The translations under genes were made by a program, and so were the position numbers. Shown one piece after another: positions 36,501 through 49,274 of a stretch of 64,000 nucleotides of DNA (positions within the stretch are counted from its first letter, which is position 1; each line of letters opens with the position of its first letter). This DNA comes from Octopus sinensis (Eukaryota): contig NC_043002.1 in NCBI RefSeq assembly GCF_006345805.1, positions 74,648,001 through 74,712,000 on the forward strand. Direction: 5' to 3'. Below the pieces are notes generated by a model. It made no database searches, was not told the DNA's origin, and was given only the letters and a program-made list of their open reading frames with translations.

Positions 36501-37330
36501 CGATGGGCTTCTTTCAGGTTCCGTCTACCAAATCCACTCACAAGGCTTTGGTTGGCCCGAGGCTATAGTAGAAGGCACTTGCCCAAGGTGCTATGCAGTG
36601 GGAATGAACCTGGGACCATGTGGTTGGTAAGCAAGCTACTTACCACACAGCCAATTTTTCAAGAAGCAGTATAGGTAATGTCATGCGTGTGAGGTAACAA
36701 TGTAAGATCAGAGATTGTGAGGGCTAACATTTATAGTGATTTTGAAGGCTTTCTATGTTTGTATGTAGAGAGGGCACATTTCTAGATTGTCATGTCTCCT
36801 CCTGCTCCTGATATTTTGAGATGTCTGTTCATGTAGGTAGTGGTTATCTGACATCACGGATCTAAATTGATCATGATTGATACTTGTATGCAGAAGGTTA
36901 AGGAGGTGTAAGGATAGCATGACATATATTAGAGTGTGTGTTATTAGAAGGTAGCAATAATTTTGTCGTTAATATGAAAAAAGAGGAGTGTAGGATACAC
37001 AACTGAACCTAGAGTTGATAGTGTGATTTGAAATGAATTCTGTCTGCACCATACAGTAATGGAATGGTTTGACAACGAAATTCCCATCCAAGGGGTTTAT
37101 ATAAATGGAGCTTTTAGATGATCAACTCACAAGGGTCTGACATGGTTGAAGGCTTCACTGAATTCAATGCCATTGCATTTTGTGAAATTCTGAAGAGCAA
37201 GAGACTGCTGGTGTATAGCTTAGGAATGCTAGGCTATGATATATTGATTTGATCTCTATGGAATCCTGTATTGCCAGTCCTTAAGAGTAAGACAGTGAGA
37301 CTAAAGGTGATGAAGGTAATGGTTGTTTAT
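35760..37330 (-). mobile_element. Ancient CR1/L2/Jockey-group LINE RT remnant
   Basis: Minus-strand remnants GSVVYPTLL (about 36985-37010; compare GSVLSPTLF) and EYGSSIWNGA (about 36155-36185; compare LEYCS.IW). A SINE is inserted at 36261. Confidence 0.55.
36261..36652 (-). mobile_element. SINE family A
   Basis: Reverse complement of family A, with internal (CA)/(TA)n. Confidence 0.92.
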
Positions 37331-38031
37331 GATTATCTCCATCTTTGTGGTGTTGGAAGTGAAGAAGATGGGTCAGTAGTTGCCAAAGTAACGACACGTC
37401 ATGAATGTGATAATTGTGTAACCTCATAAACTTGTCAACATTTATCATCTTCATCATCTTCATCAGATATTTTATGAAAAATAGCAGTTATACACTTTCA
37501 TTGAGTCAGTCAATGGTTCACTGCATTTCTTATGGCAAAGTGACATATTTGCTTGAACAAACTGGTTTTTTTGTTGCTTTTTTTTTGTGGATTTGTACAT
37601 TGGAAAAAGATACACCTAATGCAATATGCATATATCTCTTATTATAAAAGGCAGATTTTATCTGCCTCCCTTTGTCTCTTATAGAAATCTACAATATAGG
37701 ATTTCTTCAATTACAATTTACCTAGTACACATATACAAGAGACTTTCACACATTTTTTTGTCTATAAAATTTCACCCACAAGTTTTTTTTGATAACCTGG
37801 AAGTGTAGAAGACAACTGATCAAAGTCCCTTGCAGTAGAATTAGGCCCAGAATAATTTTGTTTTAATTAATTGTAATTTTTATGCTTGAACCCAAATAGT
37901 TGAAGTTTTCTACTCTGTTTATTTAACCCTTTTGATACCAACTTGTCTGAGACCACTTTTCAAAGTTGATGGTGAGTTACTTAAATGTAGAGAAACTTGT
38001 CACATTTATGCTGAAGGCATAATAATTTTAA

Positions 38032-38231
38032 CCCTTTAGCCTTTAAATGGGCCACATGTGGCCTTGAACCTGTTCAAACTGGCTGGCCCCTCTCACATCT
38101 GCCCTACAATGTCATTCTAAAAATAATCACATCATTGAAATCTCAGAACTATGGGATAATGCATGATTAATTCAAAACAATGTGAATAAATAAGTATTAC
38201 ATTTGACAGAGTAGTCTGAATAGTAAAAAGT
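38032..38231 (+). mobile_element. piggyBac-type MITE family M2 (forward)
   Basis: TTAA|ccctttagc... with body ccctacaatgtcattctaaaaat; right end degenerate. Confidence 0.85.
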
Positions 38232-38386
38232 CAAACCATTGCTCCAGGCGACTTTCTTTTCAATTTGAATCTGTCTTGTTCTGCAAAGATTTCATTCCTT
38301 TTTCTTCTTGTTTCCATTTGTTATTATGTTGAGAATTCTAACATTGTTCCACTAACGTTGATGCTACTTTCTCTTTCAAATTACAG

Positions 38387-38485
38387 GGCAGCTTTGGATG
38401 CTATTCGTAGACTTGATGATCTCCTCCAGCAAAAACGTGCCTACAGAAATGTATTTACACAAGATGCTGTTGGATTACGAAACAA
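38387..38485 (+). CDS. SMG5: SMG5 coding exon A (first visible, 99 nt; begins phase 2)
   Basis: Pyrimidine tract plus ttacAG acceptor and aa|GTaggc donor. Encodes (R)AALDAIRRLDDLLQQKRAYRNVFTQDAVGLRNK, similar to the SMG5 N-terminus as I recall it (RAVVEAVHRLDLIL..AYQEVF..SLRNK). Confidence 0.93.
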
Positions 38486-38612
38486 GTAGGCAACTTTGTG
38501 ACTATATTTTCTAATCGTATCGATATTTCAAGTAATTGTTTGTTCCTGTAGCCTTTTGATTGGAAACATTAAGCCCATGTAAATAATAATAAAGACAAAA
38601 ATTGACAAAGTA

Positions 38613-39462
38613 CAGGGTGTTCTGACTAAACTCAATGATTTTTTATGTATCCATTTTTCAAGAACAGCTTGATGTTCTGGCAAACAGTCAATGATGTTAG
38701 AGAACATAAGAATTGAAGATTAGAGAGAATAAAGATTAAAGATTACAGTTATGGTTGAGAAAAAGTCAGCTGACACAGAAGACTGGAAGCCATCTAAATG
38801 TCATAATGATTTGTGTTGGGTATTAAAATGCCAACATCATAACTGCTGCTCAATGCTCTCTGAACATAATGGGACACAGGCATCATGAAAACCAAGTTCC
38901 TCCAAACTGTAATGGTTCTTTGGATGTGTCTCTGGTGAAGGTGACGTCATGCACCCCCACCCCCACCTCATCTGTGAACAGGGTCTTATGTTCAACTCTA
39001 TGTAAAGCTGCTGGAGACTGTTGTCAAACCCTGGCTCAAGAGAGTTGCTACTGGAAAGCTGTATGTGTTGCAACAGGATTTGGCTCCTTTCCATATCCCC
39101 AGAAAGTGTCAGAATTCCTGTGTCTTCAGCAGCCTTAATTTCTAGCTTCCTAATTCCCCTGATTGTAGTACCTTTGATTACTATGTCTAGAGCAATGTTG
39201 AAAGATACCAACTGCTCTGCCTGCAACACTAAGGCCGAGCTGGAGGAGTTTTTGAAAATCTTCATAGGGACACAGTAAGGAACACCTGCACCAGCTTCTG
39301 GAACTCTTCTGAGGCTATGGTGGAAGCTGAGTAAACTGTTATCTCCCAGCTATAATTTAATTGATATTTTTTGATTAAAAAAAGAAAAGAAAAATTGGCA
39401 GGTGGAATATTGTGTTTTCTCCTCCTTTTATGCAAACTGTCAAATGTAGCCCAACCAACCTG
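38613..39462 (+). mobile_element. Decayed Tc1/mariner-like element
   Basis: TA|cagggtg ... acctg|TA ends; PLIVVP..MSRAMLKDTN..CNTKAEL resembles the PLDYY.W...TN...NTK.EL region of the other mariners. Confidence 0.65.
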
Positions 39463-40420
39463 TATATTGTACTGTCATGTTATAATGCAATGATTACATT
39501 AGAAAGGATATCTAGAAGTAAAACAAATGTTTCATGAAGAAAGAAAAATATAAACTTGTGTGTGTGTAATTCGTATTGCATAAACCAGATGTAAAATAAT
39601 AATGATGGTGCTGCTGCTACTGTTGTTGTTGTTAAGCAACAAGCCGAGTAAGGGTGATTAGGTGATGGTCTAGGGCTTAGGGGCATGAAACCCCAGACCT
39701 TGGAAAAAAAACAAACTTTGGTCATCTTGTTGTAGTTGAGGGCTCTTTGTTGATGCCCAACACCACTGGGAGGTGGCCCTCAAAGTTGCTGGAAATGGAG
39801 ATCTCCAGGTCCAAATTCTTGAATGGCTGCTGCTGCTGTTGTTGTTGCTTAGCTCAGATTAGCTCTGACCAAACAGATCTATGGTCAGACATTTCAAAGA
39901 TGACCATTCCATATTTTACTTTATCTAGGATTACATTATCCTACTGAGTAGCCATCTTGTCTTTTTCATATTTATGGCTGTATTTTCCAATGTATCATTC
40001 ATATTTAATGGGGAGTTAGCTGATAATTTCTAGCAGGTTGAATGGTCATCTAGAGGCTCTCTTGTATCTACACAAGTACTGGAACACAGGTAAAATGGTT
40101 GGATAAATTTAAGCATTTTCTATTTCTATTCTGGCTTCTAGTGCTTGGAATTTGTGGTACTCTTTCTAAGTCATCATTTAAAAAATAAACATATTAAAAC
40201 AAAATAGTTTTAATTAATTGTGGCTATTTTTGGGAGTGGATTTGCATTCAACCCTTATATTGGCTGTTTGATAACTCTTCCTTTCTCCATCTTGGTACTA
40301 GTACTTTGTGATTATTAGTATTTTTTTTCTTTATTTGCAATGTTAATAGTTTGGGAAATTGATGTTGAATTTTTTTATTCAACCTTTTTCTGTTTTTACT
40401 TTTCCTTTCTCTGGATGTAG

Positions 40421-40544
40421 GTTGAAATACTACTGTGAGCGCTTGATGTTCTACAACCCTATTGACTATGGACGTAAGGCAGAAGAAGTTCTGTGGCGGA
40501 AGGTCTTTTACGATATCATCCAACTTGTCAAGCGCAACAAACGG
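40421..40544 (+). CDS. SMG5: SMG5 coding exon B (124 nt)
   Basis: tgtAG acceptor and cgg|GTaatc donor. Encodes LKYYCERLMFYNPIDYGRKAEEVLWRKVFYDIIQLVKRNKR, containing the SMG5 DYGRKAEE.LWRKV motif. Phase matches exon A. Confidence 0.96.
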
Positions 40545-40989
40545 GTAATCATTTGGTATTTTTTATTTATTGACAAAATCAAAAACCCAGTTTGTTTTCT
40601 ATTTCTTAGTAGTATAAATAATAGTAAGTACCTAAACAAATTCTCAAAGAATCTGTGCTTAATTTCAAAACAGCAGTTATCACTCATAAGGTTAAATTCA
40701 TATTATTAGATTCTTTGACATTTTAGTAAAAGATTAATGTATTCAGTCTGTTCTCATTTAGTGTACTGAGTCAAAATATTGAGCCCATAGACTCTTGTTA
40801 TTAACTATTTCATCAAAAGGATCAAAAGGGTCATTTGTCTTTTCTGTCTTTTTATTAGTTCTTCAAACCTATAAGTCTCTGTTATTTTGTTTTATTCCTC
40901 ATATCAAGGTTTGAAGAATTTTACAAAGGAAACAATTATGAACGATTACAATATAACTTTTAGTTTATTTGTCTTCCTTCCAATTTCAG

Positions 40990-41146
40990 CATATTCGCCC
41001 TCACGGCTCCCTTGAGACAGCATTCCGCACTCACCTTGCTGCTGCTACTGGATACTATTACCACCTCCTTTTACGCCTACAGACTGAGTTCTGTCTACAG
41101 TTGGATGGAAAGTTGGATTTCCCTGTTGTACCTGATCACAGCACAG
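40990..41146 (+). CDS. SMG5: SMG5 coding exon C (157 nt)
   Basis: ttcAG acceptor and cag|GTatga donor. Encodes HIRPHGSLETAFRTHLAAATGYYYHLLLRLQTEFCLQLDGKLDFPVVPDHST. Phase 0 in, phase 1 out. Confidence 0.95.
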
Positions 41147-41209
41147 GTATGAATAACTATACTAAGCATTTCTAATACTGGAATTTAATTTTTGTAAATT
41201 GTTATTTAA

Positions 41210-41429
41210 CCCTTTCGTATTCAGATTATTCTGTCCAATGTAATGCTTATTTATTTGCATTGTTATGAATTCCCCGTGCATTATCACATAGCTTTTAAAT
41301 TTTAGTGTTGTGATTATTTATTTTTACAATGACATTATAGGGTAGGTGTGAGAGGCTGAATATAGCCAGTTCCAACATAAAACCAGCAGAATATTTGGGC
41401 CGGATATGGTTGGTTTAAATGCTAAAGGG
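41210..41429 (-). mobile_element. MITE M2 (reverse)
   Basis: TTAA|ccctttcgtattcag...atgctaaaggg|TTAA. Confidence 0.9.
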
Positions 41430-43029
41430 TTAAATAAATTTGTCTAATGAAGATTTTCTAATGAAGTCAGGATTGCAGGTCACTGTGACGATTGTATTTG
41501 ATGAAGTTCATTTTATTTTATATATATAAAAAAAGAATCTACTTTACACCTGCATTTTTATGAGCAATCTTTTTTGTTTTTATTTTCCTGTATAAATCTT
41601 ACCACTCTTGATCTGATGATAGGTGATTAGTTTTAATTTGACACATGTAAGGTTTTTAAGCTGAGGATTTTAGTTGTTTTTTTGTTTTTTTTGTTAATCT
41701 TTAAATGTATCTTCTATGTAGCTCATAATCTTAAGAGCCATTAGTTTAATTTTTGATTGTTAGGAATCATCATTAGCTGAATGTCCACTTTTTCATGTTT
41801 GCATGGATCAGATGGAATTTGTTGAGACATATTTTCTATGGTTAGATGCCTTTCCTGTTGCTAACCCCAGTTTGTTTTCAAGTAAGGTGATATTTCCAGT
41901 TTTCACAGAATACTGGAAATGAGGGTTCATGATGGGAGCATTTGTTTGTAACTATTGTGTGATGTCAAGACAAGAAGACTCAAACACACACATACATGCA
42001 TATACAAATGCAACACAATTTTAGTTTCCCTCTACCAAATCTACAGAATTAAGATTTGTATGTATATACTGCTAAAATTGAATTGGTTTGATGATGATGA
42101 TGATGTTAATTGTTTCTAAATTAGGTTCACAAACAGAAATTTCGGAGAGAGGAACAATTGGACCTGAGTTGACCTTGGTGGGATTTGAACTCAGAATGTG
42201 AAGAGCTGGAACAAATTCTGTATGGCATTTTGTTCAAAACTCTAATTCACTGCATTTTGTCTGGCATGCTGATGATTCTACCAGCTTGTCAACTTAACAA
42301 CAATAATGATGATGGTTTCAAATTTTAGCCAGCAATTTTAGTTCAGGAGGATTGATTACATAACCCTTCCACTATTTGACTGGTACTTTAGTTATGGACT
42401 CTGCAATGATGAAAGGCAAAGTTGACCTTGGTGGTATTTAAACTTAGAATGTAAAGAGCTAGAAGAAATGCTGCTAAGCATTTTATCTGACGCATTAATG
42501 ATCCTGCCAGCTTGTCACCTTCAAATAATAATAATAAAAGTGCAATAACATTATAAACACTTCAATTGACTTAAATATTATTTTGCATTGAATATGTTTT
42601 TAACAATTAAGCTCTCAAAATAAATAATTAAAGTGTGAGGCTGATGACCTCTAAATTTTTTTTATTATTGCAGGACATCAAATTTACAGTTTTTAATTTC
42701 TTCGTAAATCTACAATCATTTGCATTAATTTATGTACATGTTTTATGTTGATAATATTTTTCTGAGAAATTTAAAATGATATAATAAAAGTATTCTTTGT
42801 AATTTTCATTCAAGCAAATACAAATCTTTGAAATGTGTGTGCATGTGTTTACATTTATACTTCTTTGAAAATTGCTCAGCTGTTGTCAGTAGCATTGCTG
42901 TCATACCTCCTGCTAGTGTGCCTTCCACTGCATGTGGAATAAGATATCTTTTACTTGAAAAATAGGTGAGGGTTAGCAACAGGAAGGGCATCTGACTAAA
43001 ACAATGCCTGAATTATATATTCATTTAAC

Positions 43030-43668
43030 TTTTACTCATTTCAGTCATAGGACTGTGAGTATGCTGGGGCACTGCTTTGAAGGGTTTAGTCAAACACATT
43101 GAACCCAGAACTTTTTTTTTTAAAGTCTGGTACTTCTATCCTTCTATCAGTCTCCTTTGCTGAATTGCTTAGTTACTGAGATATAAGCAAACCAGTACTA
43201 GCTGTCATGTAGTGGTGAAGGACAAACACACATATACATAACACACACACACACACACACACATATACATAACACACACACACACACATATACATAACAC
43301 ACACACACACACACCCACCCACGCACACACACACACACATGGTTACAGGGCGTCACAAACTGTAAACAACATGAAATACGAAAACAAAGGAGTTGAATAC
43401 ATAAACGAGAGAAATAAATGGAAAACAGGGCAAGTAACATAAAGAATGACCCTTCATCAGTTGTCAGCTGTCCAGCTACTCCTCATTTCAAGCATTGAAC
43501 GACGTATATATATATGTGACATGCTTCCCCACAGTTTCCATCTACCAAATTTACTCACATGGCATTGGTCAGCCTATGACTAAAGTAGAGGATACATGCT
43601 GAAGGTGCTATGCAGTGGGACCATCTGATTACAAAGTGAGTTTCTTAAACTGACAGCCATGCCTGCAC
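43030..43668 (-). mobile_element. SINE family A, diverged, with an insertion at about 43340-43505
   Basis: Tail at 43030-43225, head at 43520-43668. Confidence 0.8.
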
Positions 43669-43769
43669 TTAAGACATAAAAGTGAATATATATTTTTATA
43701 TGTACAGTCATTCCTATATATTCTCACATAAATCTTTTACCATCTAAAATATTAATCTTTTTTTAACAG

Positions 43770-43877
43770 GGAAAAAGAGTCAATTACATAACTCAAAGAA
43801 GAAAGAGGTGAGCATTACTGTTCAAGAGTGGGCATTAGGAGCATGCCATCGTTGTCTGGTTTACCTTGGAGATATTG
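43770..43877 (+). CDS. SMG5: SMG5 coding exon D (108 nt)
   Basis: aacAG acceptor and ttg|GTaagt donor. Encodes GKKSQLHNSKKKEVSITVQEWALGACHRCLVYLGDI, containing the EST1-family CHRCLVYLGD motif. Not in the ORF track. Confidence 0.95.
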
Positions 43878-45206
43878 GTAAGTGAAAGACATGTAATTTG
43901 CTTGAATCATTAGGTAACCTTAAATTATATCCCTTAAATTCCAGTTTTCTGGACTGTTTTTTCTATCATACACATATGGGGATGTTTTCTTTTTTGGTTA
44001 ATGTAGGCACATTTATTTCTACAGTGGATTCTTTTCTTACTTTTAAATAAATACTTTGCTGTAAAATATGAGTAGTCTGTTGTTAGCAAAGGAACCCAAT
44101 CTCTGTAACAAGTTTTGAAATTAAAAATCATGCAGTCAAGTACTGACACTGAATTTTGCACAAGACACCGTTTTCTGTCACTCAATACTATTCAGCCTAG
44201 TTCAGGGGTCTTGTCCTGCAAGATACTTGGTGACTTCTGCTGCAGGTGCCATTAAAAAGCACCCAGTACACTCTGTAGAGTGGTTGGCATTAGGAGGGGT
44301 ATCCAGCTGTAGAAACCATGTCAAAGCAGACAGCAGGGCTTCTCACTTGACAGTTCGTTTTTCTGACTTGGTAGTTTCTGTCAAACTGTCCAACCCATGC
44401 CAGCATGAAAAACGCACATTAAATGATACTACTGTGCTTTGTAATCTCACTGGAAAATACATATTACAGAGTTCTTAATGTAAATCGGTGTAAACCCTTT
44501 TGATACTGTCCTGCCTGAAATAACCTTATTTAAAAAGATATCACACTGAGCAAAAACAGTATCTTTGATTAGAATCTTTCAGTCAGCAAAAAGCTTTTTA
44601 GTTTCAGTTTTTTGATGGGTGGGGATCATAGCCACAGCATTTTAGCTTTTGTAGAAAAGGGAAAATAAAGATGTGACACTCATACTTTCTTTCCTTTTGA
44701 GTAAGGCATGAATATTGTCCATCTCATTTTCTTTCCTTTAAAAAATTTATATAAAATAAATTAATATATGATAAAATACATTATTTTGATGGTGGTTTAT
44801 TCATTGTTCCTGACAAGGAGCTTTCAGTTGTTCGACGAACTGAATTCCTAGTCATGAAGTTAACATGTAAACGGCTGAGTATTCCACAGACATGTATGAG
44901 CTTAATGCAATTCTCTGGCTGAACCAACATGATGAAGTGACGAGTCTAGACTTTTTAATCACAAGTTACAAACCAGAGAAAGAGAGAGAGAGAGAGAGAT
45001 TTGCCCTCAGTGCTTTTTTAGTACTTTCTTTATTGACTTCCAATGGATGAAAGGCAAAGTCGACCTCCATGGGATTTGAACTCAGAGAAAACTCTTAGAA
45101 AGATAGAATGAATGATAGGCATTATTCTAAAGATTCTATTAATTTGCTGCCTTAACATTTTTTAATACATCATTTAAAGGAATTTCCCAGATATTGATTT
45201 CTATTG

Positions 45207-45241
<35 letters not shown>

Positions 45242-45553
45242 AGAGAGAGAGCAGTTTATTTAAATGACTTAAGTCTTTCATTTTGGTCTTTTATTGGAAT
45301 AATTTATTTTGTCTTGGGACATACTAAATAACAACATAAGACAATTAGATTCACCCCGGACATAATTTAAGAGAGTGACATTAGTCATTAGTTTGCAGTA
45401 GATAGGAAAATTGTATTTTGTAACGGTAGCGTAGAGGTAGTATATGAGGTCTTTATTGAAGAGATGTTTGCCTGTAAACAAAATGTTGCAATTTCCTATT
45501 TGTTCCTGTCAATTACTACAAAGTAAAAAAAAAAAATCTCTCACATCTACAAC

Positions 45554-45559
45554 CGCGCG

Positions 45560-45598
<39 letters not shown>

Positions 45599-45610
45599 GC
45601 GCACGCGCAC
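45554..45610. repeat. (CG)n(CA)n alternating purine-pyrimidine tract
   Basis: Seen directly in the sequence. Confidence 0.95.
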
Positions 45611-46787
45611 CATGCTGTAACACAGTTTCTAATGCAAGGGAGGCAACTTTTTATAGCACTAAAAATGGTGTTAGTAAAAGAAAAAATTAATCTACTTACG
45701 TCGATTGCAGGGAATTGTTTATTGATTTATGGTTTAGAGACCTAATTGAATTCTTGTTACTATTTATTGCTAATCTAATATACAGTCAGGCAGTAGCCTT
45801 ACGTCACGTAAATCAGAGGCTTAGTTAACAATGATATCCCTTCTCTCATTCGGGTTGAATGCTTGTGTAAAAAGAGCTTTGAACTATATCACAACTTGGG
45901 CAAATTTGTGTCAACAAATCAACTTCCAAACGCAGTCACTCAATTTCATGTTTCAAATTTTGGCACAAAGCTAGCACTTTCGCGGGATGGGGTAAGTCGA
46001 TACCAGTGCGCAATCTATTTTATCAACCCTGAAAGGCAAAGTCGACCTTGATGGAATTTGAACTCAGAATGTAAAGATGTACAAAAGACCATTAGCATTT
46101 TGCTTGGAATGCTAATGATTCTGTTAGCTCGCTGCCTTAACATTAACAATAATATCAATGTACATGAGTACAAATTCTATGCAAACTGATACCTGTGGAG
46201 TGCTTCTGGTATTTGATCAGCCTTCTCTTCATAGGTCTGCTCAGTTAAAGCTGTGTAAGGCAATCCAGTTGATCTCAAACTGGAAAATACTAGTCCCTCT
46301 CCATGAAATTAGTGAAAATTCCACCACTCCTTCCTTATTAATGAAAGGCGAAAATATAATTTGCATCCATATAGATACAAGCATGGTTAAGCAGATTGCT
46401 CCCCAACCACATGCTTTTGGGTTCAGTCTCACTGCATGGCACCTTGGGCAAGTTTCTTTTAAAGCTCTGTAGCCTTGTGAATGGATTTGACCTGCAGGAA
46501 CTCTGTGTGTGTGTCTGTGTGCGCATGCGCTTGTGTCTCCTCATTTTTTTGTGAATGAAAACCTTTTTTCCCCCCCAATATTCTGCAAAAAATGTGTCTG
46601 GACATAGGGAGATATTACCTTGCTGGAAAACAGGTAAAACTATTTGGCTCTTGAAAGCCTACCTCAATAAACTCTGGCCAATGCAGGCATGGAAAAAGGG
46701 ACTTTTGAATGATGATGATGATGATTCCTTTTCTGCCATGATGCTGAACAGGTTATAAAAGCTTGAAAATCATCTTAATTTTACTAA

Positions 46788-47007
46788 CCCTTTAGCATTT
46801 AAACTGACCATGTCTGGCCCAGATATTCTACTTGTTTCATGTTTAAACTGGCTAGATCTGGTCTCTTCCACTTATGCTACATTGTTATTCTAGAAATAAA
46901 CAACCACAGCATCGAAACTTTGAAGCTTCATGGTAATGCATGATTAATACAAAGTAATGTGAATAAACAAGCATTACACTTGACAGAATAATCAGAATGC
47001 TAAAGAG
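46788..47007 (+). mobile_element. MITE M2 (forward)
   Basis: ctaa|ccctttagcatt...aatgctaaagag|TTAA. Confidence 0.88.
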
Positions 47008-47214
47008 TTAAACACAACAATTTACTTGCCTAAATTCTCACAGCTCAATGGATTCTATAAGAAACACCAATCCGTGTAGCCTTTGGAATATAGGATGTAA
47101 AACTGGTTAAAACATTAACCCTTGTTATTTAGACACTCAGTTTCTATCCTTTGTTATTTCTCAATATGAAATAATTTCTTTATAAATAATTGTGAAATAT
47201 ATTTATATTTTCAG

Positions 47215-47304
47215 CCCGGTACCAACAAGACTTTGACCATAGTCTGAGTAATAGCACAGCTGAACGTTTTTATTACCAAGCCCTTTGCCTCCTTCCTGAT
47301 GTTG
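47215..47304 (+). CDS. SMG5: SMG5 coding exon E (90 nt)
   Basis: ttcAG acceptor and ttg|GTaagt donor. Encodes ARYQQDFDHSLSNSTAERFYYQALCLLPDV (AERFYYQAL motif). Confidence 0.95.
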
Positions 47305-47888
47305 GTAAGTTTGAACTCTTCATTTCTTAGTAATTTCATCTTCTTTATTTACTGAAGACCTTAACTCCCTATGCAACATTAGCTGTTGCTGACCCTCTTC
47401 CACTGCTCACGACTCTGCTTCTCTTTAGCTGGATCCTTTCCTTTTCAGCTCTACCTTGGTATCCTGCCTCTAGCTATTTTTTGGGCATCCTCTTTTCCTC
47501 CTCCTTTGTGAGTTCTGGGTCAGAACCTGGCAGATAATGCAGGATCTTGGTTCCTCCTTTTGGATTATGTGGCATCATGAAGGTGCCTTCCTCTTTCAGG
47601 TCCTGTTGGTTCTGAATTGTCATCAATGCTTCTGTAACTTCGATTTTTTTTTGTTAGGTAGGGGTGTTGACCTTACACCAACCCATCTTTAACTTCTACA
47701 TGGAGGTGGTCTTTATTTGTCTGGGTTCTATCCTTTGACCTGTCCATCATGGGAGGTCCTACCAAGAGCTTGCGCTTTACTGGAATAGCTCAAAGTCACC
47801 ACTCCGCAAGGACTAGAACTTGTGGTGGAATTTCATCTTCCATCTTTGTTAAAGACACCTGAGATGATTTGAAGCTCCCCTCCTCCTT

Positions 47889-48218
47889 TTTACTTGTTTC
47901 AGTCATTAGATTGTGGTCATGCTGGGGCACCACATTGAAGAATTTTAATTGAATGAGCTGACCCCAGTAACTTGTTGTAAAGCTTGGTACTTATTCTATT
48001 GGTCTCATTTGCTGAACTGCTAAGTTATGAGGGATTTAAACACACCAGTAGCAGGGGACAGACACATACACAAAGACACACACAACAGACTTCTTTCCGT
48101 TACTGTCTACCAAATCCACTCACAAGGCTTTGGTTGTCCATGGTGCCATGCAGTGGGACTGAACCTGGAACCATGTGGTTGGGAGACAAACTTTTTACCA
48201 CACAGCCATGCCTGCGCC
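47889..48218 (-). mobile_element. SINE family A (internal deletion)
   Basis: Reverse complement of family A. Confidence 0.88.
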
Positions 48219-49195
48219 TTTGAGGAATTTTTAAGAAAAAATATTTTCACAGCATTATGTTGTGCTTGAGAAGAAAACCCATCAAGCTGAGCAAAATTGC
48301 AGTTGTGGTAGATACCGATGTCACACAAATAGCACCTGTGCCGGTGGCACGTAAAGGCACCCATTACACTCTGGTTGGCATTAGGAAGGGCATCCAGCTG
48401 TAGAAAATCATGCCAATCATACTGGAGTCTGGTGCAGCCTTCCAGCTTACCAGCCCAGTCAAACCGTCCAACCCATGCCAACATGGACAACAGACATTAA
48501 ATGATGATGATGATGATGATGATGACATAGTTATGAAAATTTTTACAGGAAAGGTGTATTATAAATTGCTTAAATGAATGAAAAAGCCTTATATTAAATT
48601 GGAATTTAAATTGAGTTTCAGGGGAATCTCTTTACTGAGAGCTTATTGTTGTTGCTATGGCATAAGCTGTTTTAATTCTAACAACAATTTATCATATTAT
48701 GCATATATTCTCGAACTTACAGAGGAGGAATATGGTGCTGTGAAGTTCATAGCATTTTTTCTGAAGTATTAGCAATTTTTATTAGATAACATGGCATCAT
48801 AACATAGTCAACAGTTATCTCCCTTGGTATATATTAGTATGTTTTGTAAAGCGATAAATGCCTTTACTTGTAAACAGAAATGCTTACAATGAAACGTTGT
48901 AGCAAAAATCAGTGCTGGCTATAAGTTCTATAGAATATCTGTAGAAACAGCCTTAACAAAAATAATATAAGAAGCACTGCTGACCTAGTAGAACGTGATA
49001 CTGACTTATAAAAACATTTATTATACTTCATAGTATATTGTGTTTGCATAACAAAGTACCACAATGCTTACAAGTAAATCTGTTCACAAATGTTGTTAAT
49101 GCCTGGAATTAAGAAAAAGAAAGACATTTTTAATAGTTGTTTAAGAATAATTGTGCTTGATGTAATCTATTTTTCCATTTTTTTTTATTTTTAAG

Positions 49196-49274
49196 GTATA
49201 CCTCACAACCAGTTGGGAAGTTTGGTTGCGTCACGTTATTTCCACACAGAAGCAGCTTACCATTATATAAGATG
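49196..49274 (+). CDS. SMG5: SMG5 coding exon F (79 nt)
   Basis: Poly-T tract plus taAG acceptor and atg|GTaagt donor. Encodes GIPHNQLGSLVASRYFHTEAAYHYIR(C), the EST1 G.P.NQLG motif. Confidence 0.95.
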
